Part shown: positions 13,801 to 20,417 of the stretch, in pieces
Position numbering within the stretch: the stretch's first letter is position 1
How the letters are laid out: each line of letters opens with the position of its first letter
From: a virus
Lineage: Duplodnaviria > Caudoviricetes
Length of the DNA: 57,125 nucleotides
Virus record (IMG/VR): IMGVR_UViG_3300027712_000036
Location: 1 to 57,125 of that record
Strand: one strand, 5' to 3'
The notes under the pieces: generated by a model
What the model was told of the DNA's origin: nothing
The model's database searches: none
What the model saw: only the letters and a program-made list of their open reading frames with translations
Translations under genes and position numbers: made by a program

Positions 13801-14328
13801 TGCCCAATATGGATGTTCTGTTTCATGTTGTGTATAATAGTTAGGAAACTCATCTTCTAAGTTCTTAGTCCAACTATCTATAGCTGCTTCATAACCATCT
13901 GGTCCTCCTGATAAATTAGCAGCTTTACCATTCTTTAATGCAGCAATTGTATTAGGAAGTGTGGCAAAACCTTGAAGGAATGTTCCTACAGCTGTTCCAG
14001 CCATTTTAACTATACCATTAGCAAGTTGATCTACAGCACTTTGTCCATATCCTGCAAAATCCTCATAATCATCTATTGTAGGATTGAATGTACGATATCT
14101 TTTATTTTCTGATAATTCCTTATTAGTTATAAATACACCTTTTGCATTAGGATTGGAATTTCGTGTATCAGCATTCAACTTATCAAATATGCTAAGTTGA
14201 TCTGTACCTACAGCAGGTTGTGCAGTGAATGATGGACTATATGGGATAGGTGCACGAGAAGTGAAATCAAATTGTTTTGGTGGTGCAATTTTGATTGTTG
14301 GGGCTAACTCTTTGTCAAAATCAGGCAT
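1882..14328 (-). CDS. Giant virion-packaged DNA-dependent RNA polymerase polyprotein (crAss-like vRNAP) fused to an N-terminal helical/membrane-like cargo region and a degenerate zincin domain
   Basis: 4148 aa. Catalytic GSDFDIDK motif (5182-5196) preceded by GFRIPTQ, typical of phi14:2 gp66-type RNAPs. HEIFE zincin-like motif at 9262-9276. Gly/Ala-rich hydrophobic helices in the N-terminal 500 aa. Confidence 0.9.
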   Translation of the reverse strand: MPDFDKELAPTIKIAPPKQFDFTSRAPIPYSPSFTAQPAVGTDQLSIFDKLNADTRNSNPNAKGVFITNKELSENKRYRTFNPTIDDYEDFAGYGQSAVDQLANGIVKMAGTAVGTFLQGFATLPNTIAALKNGKAANLSGGPDGYEAAIDSWTKNLEDEFPNYYTQHETEHPYWAAVPFAKGSANFWGDKVIKNIGFTAGAIGSAIVQDAALGFVTEGLGEIPLIGNQIGKASLYLNKLFSAEGKLGRVLGSTGESDLSILLNQASKDGITGEKLLDLKKLQEVGKYTKLTSGFRYGMSLYGSARTEAAVEARDGYNQVKNELVKQFKEDPLNNGEEPVGKDLQDIEDAATNAMNTRFGINMAILTVSNAIQFDNLFKSFTSASKKGFTSSITRDIEEAGKIGLKEGSLDVFEKKTTEGVPGKIWDFVKPKIANIFSEGVYEEGGQYAAEKGTLDYYTRRYNQSKNKDPKKADHWDTLNEIIASTGKGLSDQFGSKDGIENMFVGALSALVTGAGMKAIDRIKGESGEKRLQASINILNQHGLTGILANQYKDTVNSLGIAADMQDAVKNKNVFKYKNFKHDMFFNFVNSRLGSDMHDVTLEQLNMLKDLPKEEFEKHFGMDFNESNKKTVAEYVDALVTKANSIKKSSDVINYTFKNPFKKSINPKTDDEKLDSIKHDKFNDWKTELLYQSSINQDTKDRLSSIQQKVSGINALLNNDLLATLTDPKSLKELGKSYEEQATQLSATINNLTTPEERKNVKDRIKALRSLSERINIDINNKVPDIKTFSKLLNFEMNNQDFTKDDVISPEHLVDLHNFGNDVNNLKERKAIAATAYDVLSSKEGFEKYYAEPKEKTEEPTTAATEPIVPDDAAHVFVNKAGDKEIGQVGREYQIPSSKIANIDKIADDRWQVTAPNGDITFHDTEAKAKEAADELNQDFADLAKVKVLALNPDGTFKVEDLAGNIQNISADKLQGYEKLESEQEKLQKFAEKIEKEQVELQLNSGTTITGNPSTEAFHQEGKLKPTPIFFISGISESEDNINALTQPLHVRNSRVFLNNVKNFENRGSIRAILVTPNQEKALGLDGLTQLSYGTNDMSTSTDLDKGFVAQVFVEQVGNDVYFVNKEGKRLSKIGEQVDMSEVIFQTMPTTEIYYDFKDAKGNPVPRFRQNEEAQFKAHAAAWKLTRATLFAAPANEYKLYSFTVSRGIPIENVTEEKDATGKTIKVKERNAVGNLLIPEDKIGSQEGLIVIPTAGSISHNGQVLKFPNGRPVLQYGDTLQFLNNRKFNSKESATIYQVIKKMSEVLTKDKTLDRASVEFLQNVLYYRKTNDTSGNQIYIDTDTMTLYLGKTAYDVTDIANKEQEITDQLKDTFNSINNDSLTKKFNDKFYEYYLDDSDTLQEREWDNYQSYLLSQVNPDGSKRSVENIPLSTSVAQQSPSVPYSYKQKYATLEGLELPVQTVVAPIVITPVVGTPPITTKIGNNDMEGKVVNTENIKSIGDIQFTSTYDENGNVSVTPITNTLIKEMAKDDAKLTPYIKFLEGLKDSEGNSAYSLTDTNEQILLKFITIALNDRLEKQKAAELAATPIITPAAPVVVQPTAAYDPNKTSDPDEEYRRVGKGTQQRMTDAEIQLFKAWAQENVPNIPWEVLENLIDTYDGEKAWGVYENGVAKFVRGGLRGTEYHEIFEGIWKGMLTDEERTALIDEFKSKSGTFLDRETGKQIEYSEATDRQIKERIADDFADFRLGKLPARSLGEKIVNFFRRILEFVKSFFSKPSLKTEMFKAIDTGKFKERTLNPTTINEAAEYRRVGNFTEEQTHEFIDDMSARASFILFGSSKRAIFDIVNFTTLDVFSQIEKQFIKEGKRQQMSDADWFEFVGRTKENLRPLGISFDPERRGDINDESSNKNDYASETFSVDYKKQSPGAIKLTLGTLVETEATNQETPNSLKMPKAKFSFYAKGYKLLNFSRAFATVIDKICNTNKVTKAVDKLIDLAKYDANYVRFFHRLGGDLNNATIDFSKFEQEDWRLFVQFMQTFAKQKPDALIQYKTGDEVYTAPANLYGVIKQTQNKWVENVKALSKQKDSVIFQDRENRTYNVNREKLANVSIKTPQQQIDFLNSLGIEFPLEVYNKLKTEGKENQRRRFNDAVSAIFTYLGKDELGDIPIASITGATLGVNTQMNTLAELLVRVLNPNQDSTYFGVDGKRRQSFSDNNAPSSFENDFNECETLAELLITRPELNDVFSRGSQVLKPGGLFFNSAGVRIKSMKVKYIQGTKELDEDKGIVTSKLTIGDRFTQEINQNLNGDYYILIPADGSTEWMMNLGNNISFLDFETGRATNKINTTFIGYLRDDIALAMDFKNRERLKSIKDRAKELRFFKDILSPKTLIGVNNLISTNATQAEIDKFIKDNLVDIQESIQTYIANTVDETIDILQKGQQVLSTKEGWSYKGLDDKFLQRESKGRQSRLNKNKLSEQELHSIIGFANANYIINNIEYHKILFGDPFQFAIKDGQLEETKRIKSFLSPRRTTFDSPEFNNHLNDKYNKAGDIKLTPKDFGYHQHKSYTNTVTVKDVNVAGSLAALVSAYGRTNEADAMSWLMDGTYREIKQKNGQWSDEAEAFHQWQMAYTRNKLAEKGKYTYSNEALKKQDAKMIEKDSPKYTIEVLKPIVSGNKHNKNIFDQVLDKFSQMPIYYSMVEDTNLEKLYLKMKERDTGYIIMESGRKEGAEELYSLYNTDGSFNESAFNNKIQVPWKIYGIQVETTQEGEKQQTRGSQLTKIASMDLFDNGVASEAAQKEYNRNVELLNMMHENAYNELLLKLGIEEINGEFIMKDGRSVSETLMHEMLRREMADNAKDTIQLDENNQFRIPFEASPSYMQIRSIIYSMVDKAIDRPKMAGGAHVQVPVTMFEKATKNRGIAMKDDKGNWMKLSQSQYNSLTEEQKKDVVLTDDTLKFYTEKDPYCEIMLPYWFKEKLSKGKYKTDKDILTYLNKTDEGRSILRGIGFRIPTQSLSSAETFRVKGFLPQYMGATVVVPSEITTKAGSDFDIDKLNMYLKSIYTDKSGNIRLIKYQGSEEATKEFFSTVFDQKLEGNIVKKGELLEAVDIMTLGLDDPKGLMEKYSDMIDSLMEEYTDGSDLSGDIAKQLEEFGNENMQAALKEKFVKSMYKKALENEYYDSLEKMITLPENFERLISPVDDAGLKKLAKTLDGLRDVDESTIPNRILDRNYMTSLRHAFVTAKRWVGIAAVNITNHALSQKSKVFIDQRRFALASAFDQKFLGDGRVILPHNAVTIDGVEYPSLSGRTVKNSKELISARLSGYATSFVDVSKDPYILKIISNDLIIGTTMLLERIGCGERGAYFLAQPIISEYITMLENHGQKGLFGKRNLEAIRAKFICTEAEYDNAEIDVSEAGLKANIKEYSEKKRFGDSRSNAVQLKVLDEFLKYAKMASYNFKFTQAVNYDTTKFTSGDTLFRKQYRTRQALNTNIISSVQNILDNSHIGKQSLVIDSSMAAMGAIFKFEQDEFRGILDPILERILDANEFMSEDEYEKVANKIRTSFIDYIVQTKGAANIDIQALMVATGTSIDTQLAAAKKDHPEIKILQDFEIVTSNREGGAKSIKLNANIKEAYDENLYTGMMRELRDNPSTNELFKNIVLLSILQGTYQSAISIKNIVPIEDYSAIVSPIISPLVASEDLNHFADSAFATGNWKDENIMPTFNPMFFSTSKDEEPVDIQVNAWGDVIGEVYQYYSPLFENIEAYNIEATDRKVLVLSEKYDSDYLANDHLKVPRVVTNPWTGVRVDMRTGRTISDEDYRIMKRAGDNSLKDYYGYQKVRDVLGNPLTYTKETYKGTMTYHVYKLVNLTGDGQLLSEYYDYNKPSVVNNGTIRINEVIPDSHLVSYYAGVLDSDVISSYNKARQEKQIQQMMQQEEENKLAAATPEIKPIEIKSAPEVVEPGLTKEKVEEQRRFTFKENGFAFEGEAQYDDEIGGTIEISGKDAIFTDDQNPTGITINDYLKENNITRDNWDGPNVSAKLRTLAWIQFKSIDKINDIYDTKLSKLGETPTVEPVKQIEAPVIEKVTPVVEKKEAPAVKTTTKLAKWHNSLSSEQKTLLYQKVGSLERIMNLYDEIPFDYSEEQYIEELKCKL

Positions 14329-14340
14329 TCGTAAAATTAT

Positions 14341-16920
14341 TTAAAGATTTCTAATTTCTTCCTTCCAACGTTCTGGAACATTAGGATTAGCTAAATATAA
14401 TAGTTTAATATCCATGTCTGTCAAAGACCCTATTCTATTTATTGCAGTTGGAACATCCATAGGATTATCATCAAGCTGTAAGTTTTTCCAACCACTAGGA
14501 GTTTTTATATTTAAGTTGATATAACTCAATCCACTTCCAGGACTTGCATTAGCATTAAGATCTGCTGTTACACTAAGATTTCTAACATTTACAAACTTAT
14601 TTGTTTGGAAATATGAGTTCTCAGGACGACTTGTAACATTTGTATTTCCACCTCCTAATTGCTGAGCATATTTTACATCAACTTCTTGTTGAGATGGTTC
14701 ATTTTTTGATTTTGGAAGTCCTTTTGCTTCTTCTGATGTAAGGGGAACCAACACTTGTTTAGATCCCAATAGCATCAATGCATAAGTTTTATCTCCCTGT
14801 ATCACCTTTTTATATTGAATATTATCTTTGTCTTTACTTGCTAACATGTCTTGTGCAGCAAGTGCATCACTATTTGAAAGTTCTGCAGAACCACCAGGAG
14901 TTCCTCCAAAAGGATCATTATATTTAAGTAGTACACTTCCAATTATTCCTTCCATATTATCTCTAGAAAGAGCACCATCTTTATTACTAACATTTATATT
15001 AGCTACAGAAGGAATATACTTACCAGCTTTTGTTCTTATCTTATCTGCTAAGGCAGTGTTATATGCAGTGTTATATGCATTAAACTTAGGACCTAATTCA
15101 TTATAGCTAGATAGTACATCAGATACAACTTGTTGATTTTTATTTTTAGGTAGTCTATCACGATCTACACTATATCTAGTGTTACCAAGTATACTATAAA
15201 GAGCTTTTTCTTTTTCATTCAATCCAGACTGATCTATAGATAAATAATCACCACCAGCAGTTTCACCAACACCTCCCACCACTTTTTCTTTATTTATATA
15301 TTCCCATAATTCTTTTGGTGTAAAATGTTGCATCTTTCCACTAATAGTAATATCTAATCCTCGCTTACTATTAAGAGATGCATTAAATGTTTTACTGCTT
15401 GCTGCTATTGTAGGATCTGCATTAACTTCATTTTCAGCAGTTTTAATGGCTGCATTTATACTAGCAGCTTTAATTCTACTATCTCTAGCAACATCCATTT
15501 GTTCTCTATATGTAACATCAATTGCAGTTTTATCTCCTCCTATAAATTTTTTATAATCTTCTTCAGCTGCTGCTATTGTTTTTCCAAACTTCTTTGCATA
15601 ATTTTGTATCACTGTATTAGCAGTTAGATCTGCTTGATTAGCATCCATTTGCATTGCTGTCTTGGGATCTTTTAAATTTGTACCTTCTCCAAGATATGTT
15701 GTAAATCCTGATGCACTACCATATAGCTTACTTATTTCAATATCTAGTTTTTGTCTCTCTATACCTAACTTTTCTCCATCTATCCATTTTGTATAACCAA
15801 ACTTATCTCTTTCAAGTTGAGCATTTGCCACTTGTAATCCATAAGTTTTTTCCCAATGAGCAGCTTCTAATTCAGGATTAGTCATTTTTTCAAGAGTACG
15901 ATGTTCCCAAGAGAATGAATTTGCAAATTCTGAAATGGCTCCATCTTTATATATATCTCCTTTTGCTTGTTCTGGGTTTGCAACTATGTCATCAAATCTA
16001 GTTTGTAAACCTTTTGACATTTCCACTTTTTTAGCATTCAGTTCATCAATTGTTGTAAGTGCCTTGTTTTTTAAAACTGGATTTGATCCACTTGAATTTA
16101 CAATTCCTTGAAGACCTACTATTCTACTATCAAGAGTTTTCACTTCAGAATCGTATATATTTTGATAGTGTTTTTGTAATTGTTCTACAGATGCTCCTCT
16201 AAATTGATATCTACCATCTATAGTCATTTGATCAATATCATCTGGTCTAAGACTAGATTTAATTGCATTTTCTATCTGAGTTGCAGAAATTCCTTCATCT
16301 TTCACTCTTGTCATAGCTGCTGCAAGTTTATTATGGTCAACATTCCCATTAGCATCCATTACATTAGTTATGTCCTCCTGTGTAAGATTTGAATGTAACT
16401 TTCCAAGAATATCAGTCCACTTCTTTTGGTAGTCTGTATAAGGAACATATCTCTCTGAGAATGTATCATCTAAGTTTTGTGAGGAAATATATTTACTTGC
16501 TTTATTATTAAAATCCCAAATATTTGATTGAGAAGACTTTCCCTGCTTTATTGCAGATTCCATTTCCTGAGCTTGCTTTCTATACCAAGCTGTAGAACCA
16601 ACAGCATTTTGTACATTCTTATCTCTAGTGATTTGTTTAGCCATACCACCAACAGAGTTAACTAATTGAAAATCAGAGAAATCTCCAGCAGCTATAGTTC
16701 TTAAATTACCACCAAGTTCATTCAGTTTAGATTGAAGATAGTTCTTATCTACATCTCTTAAAACATCCATACCAGCCACATTATCTATCTGAGATTGTAT
16801 TTTCTGTACACCCTGTTCATATTGAGCCTGTTTTAGTTGACCCACCTTCACCATTGCATCAACAGGAAGTGTTGATACATAGGGATTAAATTGTGTTATT
16901 GCGTCTGTCCAGCTTGCCAT
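14341..16920 (-). CDS. Virion cargo (ejection) protein
   Basis: 859 aa, helical/coiled-coil N-terminus (PYV..LP...M..VG..KQ..Y). Lies between cargo genes and the vRNAP, as in crAss-like phages. Confidence 0.65.
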   Translation of the reverse strand: MASWTDAITQFNPYVSTLPVDAMVKVGQLKQAQYEQGVQKIQSQIDNVAGMDVLRDVDKNYLQSKLNELGGNLRTIAAGDFSDFQLVNSVGGMAKQITRDKNVQNAVGSTAWYRKQAQEMESAIKQGKSSQSNIWDFNNKASKYISSQNLDDTFSERYVPYTDYQKKWTDILGKLHSNLTQEDITNVMDANGNVDHNKLAAAMTRVKDEGISATQIENAIKSSLRPDDIDQMTIDGRYQFRGASVEQLQKHYQNIYDSEVKTLDSRIVGLQGIVNSSGSNPVLKNKALTTIDELNAKKVEMSKGLQTRFDDIVANPEQAKGDIYKDGAISEFANSFSWEHRTLEKMTNPELEAAHWEKTYGLQVANAQLERDKFGYTKWIDGEKLGIERQKLDIEISKLYGSASGFTTYLGEGTNLKDPKTAMQMDANQADLTANTVIQNYAKKFGKTIAAAEEDYKKFIGGDKTAIDVTYREQMDVARDSRIKAASINAAIKTAENEVNADPTIAASSKTFNASLNSKRGLDITISGKMQHFTPKELWEYINKEKVVGGVGETAGGDYLSIDQSGLNEKEKALYSILGNTRYSVDRDRLPKNKNQQVVSDVLSSYNELGPKFNAYNTAYNTALADKIRTKAGKYIPSVANINVSNKDGALSRDNMEGIIGSVLLKYNDPFGGTPGGSAELSNSDALAAQDMLASKDKDNIQYKKVIQGDKTYALMLLGSKQVLVPLTSEEAKGLPKSKNEPSQQEVDVKYAQQLGGGNTNVTSRPENSYFQTNKFVNVRNLSVTADLNANASPGSGLSYINLNIKTPSGWKNLQLDDNPMDVPTAINRIGSLTDMDIKLLYLANPNVPERWKEEIRNL

Positions 16921-16934
16921 AATAATTGTGTTAG

Positions 16935-16965
16935 CAAATGTAATTTAAAATATTATAATTACCAA
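16935..16965 (-). promoter_or_regulatory. Bacteroidota primary-sigma promoter for the cargo/vRNAP genes
   Basis: Minus strand TTGG-N19-TACATTTG, versus consensus TTTG-N19-21-TAnnTTTG; 14 nt upstream of the ATG at 16920. Confidence 0.7.
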
Positions 16966-17006
16966 GTGATATAATGAGTTTTGGTAATCTACTATAATTG
17001 AATTGG

Positions 17007-20000
17007 TTATAAACCTTTGATGGCTTTTACAATAGATCCATTTCTAGATTTAATCTTAACACCATTTTTACCAGTTTCATCTTTTGCTTGTTTCTTTGTA
17101 CCAATAATATTTCCAGAAGCATCATATGTAAACTCATATCCAGGAGCAATTCCACCACTTGTTTTACCTGTTCCTGAACCACCAAGAGCTACATCAAACT
17201 GTTGAAGAGGATTGTAGTTTTGTATTCTACCACTTGGAGAATATCTATAGTTGTATGTATTTTCATATACAGCTAATGTTTTATTTTCCAACTTGTTTTT
17301 ATCAATTTTATCAGCTATTGATTTAGCCACTTCTATAGCCTGTTGTTTAGTTTTAGATTTAGCTTCTGCTTGTCTACCATATTGAGTATCAAGGATTCCA
17401 AGATTTTTAAGTTGAGCATCATTGAGAGATGCTATGTTTTGATTATAAACACCCATTCTCTGACCTTGGTTTTGTCTGAATTGCTCTCCTAATATTTGAC
17501 TCTTGCTACGATTTGCTTGAGCCATTATAGCTGCTGCAGCTGCAGGATTTTGTCCAGCCATTCTTTCTGCTTCTCTACTTTGAGCAGTCACTTCATTTAA
17601 CTGATCCTGATAAGAAACATCATAGGGTGTTAAGAGTTGAGGATGATAGAGTTGTGCTTGAACTGGTTCTAATTGATTCATAGAAAGAGCAGTCATTTCT
17701 GGATTTAGATCAACTCTATAATCAAGATCACTAGGTCTTGCATATGGAAGAAGTTGATTAGCAGCATCTATCCATTTGTTTCTCTTAAGAGGTTCCACCA
17801 TATCTAAAGGAGGAAGAGTGGTAGTTGGTGTAGTGGTAGATGTTTTTAATGGTGGTGTAACTGGTGGTGTTTGTATTGATTTTTCTAATTTAGCCATATA
17901 CTGTTCTGTTCTTGGACCAAAGTATTCATCTACATTTGTTGAAAGAACATCCTCTATAGGAGCTTTCTTTAAATCTTCTATTGTTTTATATTTACTTTTT
18001 CCTTTTGATGTCACACCTTCAGGACTTGAAAGAATAACTTCTTTAGCAAAATCAGGAAAATATTCATGAAACTTCTTTTGAAACTCTGCTGTTTTTTTAC
18101 TCTTCTTTCCTGCTGCTTTAGCTTCTTCATATAATTTCTTCACCTCAGCATACTTAGCAGGATCTATAGTTGATGGAATTGTAGAAGCTGCTGTAGGAGC
18201 TGCAGCTACAGGTGTAGTTGCTGGTGCTGATATAGGAGCACCATTTTCATCTACATAAGAAGCAATATTACCATCAGCATCATATACAGGATAGGTGACA
18301 CCTGTTTGTGCTTTAAATATTTCCTTACCAAATTTAGCTTGTTGTTTCATAGCTTCTTTGTCTTTAATGTGTTTACCTTTAGCAAGATGATCTGCATCAA
18401 GTCCATGTTCTGTTGCTGTATCATTAATTGCATTTTGTACAGCTGCAGCATTCATTTTATAATCTGCATATTGTTTAAGGTTCATATTTGCACCTATTAT
18501 ATTTGCTTGATGAGCATCCAAATTTAGTTTATCAAATGGTGTATAAACATTTAATTCATTAATACTATTTGTAGATTTATCAATTATCTTGTTTTGTTTA
18601 GCTTCCTTTTTAGCAAGATCAGCTACATAGTTTTTAAACTTCTTACCTTTAGCATTTGGATCTCCTATATGGTTTAATAACTGATTAGGTATTTGAAGAT
18701 TGCCAAATACCACCATATTCTTTTGTCCTTGACCATCTGTCATTTCTGTAGCTGGCTCACCTCTTTCCACTTCAACATCAGCATCTGCACTTTCACTTCC
18801 AAACTCAGCATAATCAGTCATCTTACCACCATCACCATACTTTACACCTATTCCTGTATGTCCATTACCATCACCTTCATCATGACTCTTTCCTCTAAAC
18901 ATAACTGTTTCTCCTGTTCCAGGCATATATGGATTTTGAGACATGGGTTCTGCATATCCACCCCATGTAGTTTTAAGTTCACCACCTAAAGCCATAGTGT
19001 CTAAAGCTCTTTGACTTGGTTCTACATAATCTTGACTAATGTGTCCACCAGCTCTCAATGTATTCATCATAGGATCAGGTTTTAAAAGATCACTCATCTT
19101 ATGCTCACCAAAAGTTGCAATAACTTGTGGCTGCCAATCATGAGAAACCCATCCACCTTCTTCATAAGGAACAAGACCACCATCTCTTACAAATGCTGAA
19201 TTTTGTGATTGTAAAGCCTGAGCTCCTGATTGAAATGCTCCTGTTTCTACATTCTTTTGTGTAGCTTTCTGATTAGCTGCTATCTTCTTACCTTTCTTAT
19301 CTAAAAGACCACCAGTTAATGAACCAAGGGCACTACCTATAAGTCCTCCTATAGGTCCTCCTATTAAACTTCCTGCTGCTTTACCAATTCCTCCACCCAA
19401 CTGAGAACCAGCATTTTGTTTAAATCCACTTCCACCTATTGCACTACCTGCTGCACCAAATAACTGACCTGCTTGATCAGCACCCCCTGCACTAGAATAA
19501 TCTGATAGTTGTTGAAATCCACTCTGTGCTCTTGGCATAAATCCACCAGCTCTGTATTGTTTTACAATTTCAGAATCACTAAGTGGTTCATATCCAAGAT
19601 CATCATATAGGTTATTAGGAGCATAGGTGTTTTGTATCTCTCCAAGATTACCACCAACTTGCATACCATCTTTTGCTGTAAGAACATTTGTACCCACTCC
19701 ATAGGAAGGAAATAATTGTTCTGGTTGAACCATTGCATCTTCTGGTCTTACATATTTATTTTTAATCTTTTCTGGTCTCATGCTTGTAGCCTGAAGAGTG
19801 AGATTACTTAAAGCCTTATCTTGTTCTGATTGTTTTAATTTTTTCTTTTCTTCTTTCAGTCCTTGAATACCACCTATTATAGCAGATGCTGTTGATGCAA
19901 TTCCTCCTACACCACCAAGTTTACCTAATAAGCCAGTGGTGCTCTTGCCTATTGATTGTAAATTTATACCTTTTATAGAATCAGGTGTCTTACCACCTAA

Positions 20001-20399
20001 TGCACCAGGTTGTTGAATGTTTGCTCCTGTTCCATACATCTGCAATTGATTTGTAGCATTTGTAGCAGCAGCATTTGGTGTTAAGTTCATCACTCCACCT
20101 TGAGGATTATTTCCCCCAATTTGTGGAACTGCTGGATTATATAGATTATTAGGAGTTGGAGTTTGCTGTGTTATAGGAAGAGGATTACCCCACATATCTA
20201 ACTGTGCACCTGTTTGAGCTATAGGAGGATTACCAAAGTCTGTAAGTTGTTGAAGTTGTGTCTTCACCATCTTACTTCCCATAGCAGCTTTCTTAAACTC
20301 TTTCTTATGAGCTTTCATAAATGCTTCTTCTGTAGGGTATTTAGAATAGAATTGTTTCTCATTCTTTACACCAGCAATTTTTAAGATTTCAGCCTTCAT
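17007..20399 (-). CDS. Virion cargo protein (C1-like) with Gly-rich predicted membrane segment
   Basis: 1130 aa. GGPIGGLIGSALGSLTGG hydrophobic Gly-zipper, G.SH..G...EVERGE module and many xxxGG motifs. Located just downstream of the muzzle cluster. Confidence 0.65.
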   Translation of the reverse strand: MKAEILKIAGVKNEKQFYSKYPTEEAFMKAHKKEFKKAAMGSKMVKTQLQQLTDFGNPPIAQTGAQLDMWGNPLPITQQTPTPNNLYNPAVPQIGGNNPQGGVMNLTPNAAATNATNQLQMYGTGANIQQPGALGGKTPDSIKGINLQSIGKSTTGLLGKLGGVGGIASTASAIIGGIQGLKEEKKKLKQSEQDKALSNLTLQATSMRPEKIKNKYVRPEDAMVQPEQLFPSYGVGTNVLTAKDGMQVGGNLGEIQNTYAPNNLYDDLGYEPLSDSEIVKQYRAGGFMPRAQSGFQQLSDYSSAGGADQAGQLFGAAGSAIGGSGFKQNAGSQLGGGIGKAAGSLIGGPIGGLIGSALGSLTGGLLDKKGKKIAANQKATQKNVETGAFQSGAQALQSQNSAFVRDGGLVPYEEGGWVSHDWQPQVIATFGEHKMSDLLKPDPMMNTLRAGGHISQDYVEPSQRALDTMALGGELKTTWGGYAEPMSQNPYMPGTGETVMFRGKSHDEGDGNGHTGIGVKYGDGGKMTDYAEFGSESADADVEVERGEPATEMTDGQGQKNMVVFGNLQIPNQLLNHIGDPNAKGKKFKNYVADLAKKEAKQNKIIDKSTNSINELNVYTPFDKLNLDAHQANIIGANMNLKQYADYKMNAAAVQNAINDTATEHGLDADHLAKGKHIKDKEAMKQQAKFGKEIFKAQTGVTYPVYDADGNIASYVDENGAPISAPATTPVAAAPTAASTIPSTIDPAKYAEVKKLYEEAKAAGKKSKKTAEFQKKFHEYFPDFAKEVILSSPEGVTSKGKSKYKTIEDLKKAPIEDVLSTNVDEYFGPRTEQYMAKLEKSIQTPPVTPPLKTSTTTPTTTLPPLDMVEPLKRNKWIDAANQLLPYARPSDLDYRVDLNPEMTALSMNQLEPVQAQLYHPQLLTPYDVSYQDQLNEVTAQSREAERMAGQNPAAAAAIMAQANRSKSQILGEQFRQNQGQRMGVYNQNIASLNDAQLKNLGILDTQYGRQAEAKSKTKQQAIEVAKSIADKIDKNKLENKTLAVYENTYNYRYSPSGRIQNYNPLQQFDVALGGSGTGKTSGGIAPGYEFTYDASGNIIGTKKQAKDETGKNGVKIKSRNGSIVKAIKGL

Positions 20400-20417
20400 A
20401 TTTTTATTTTTATTATG

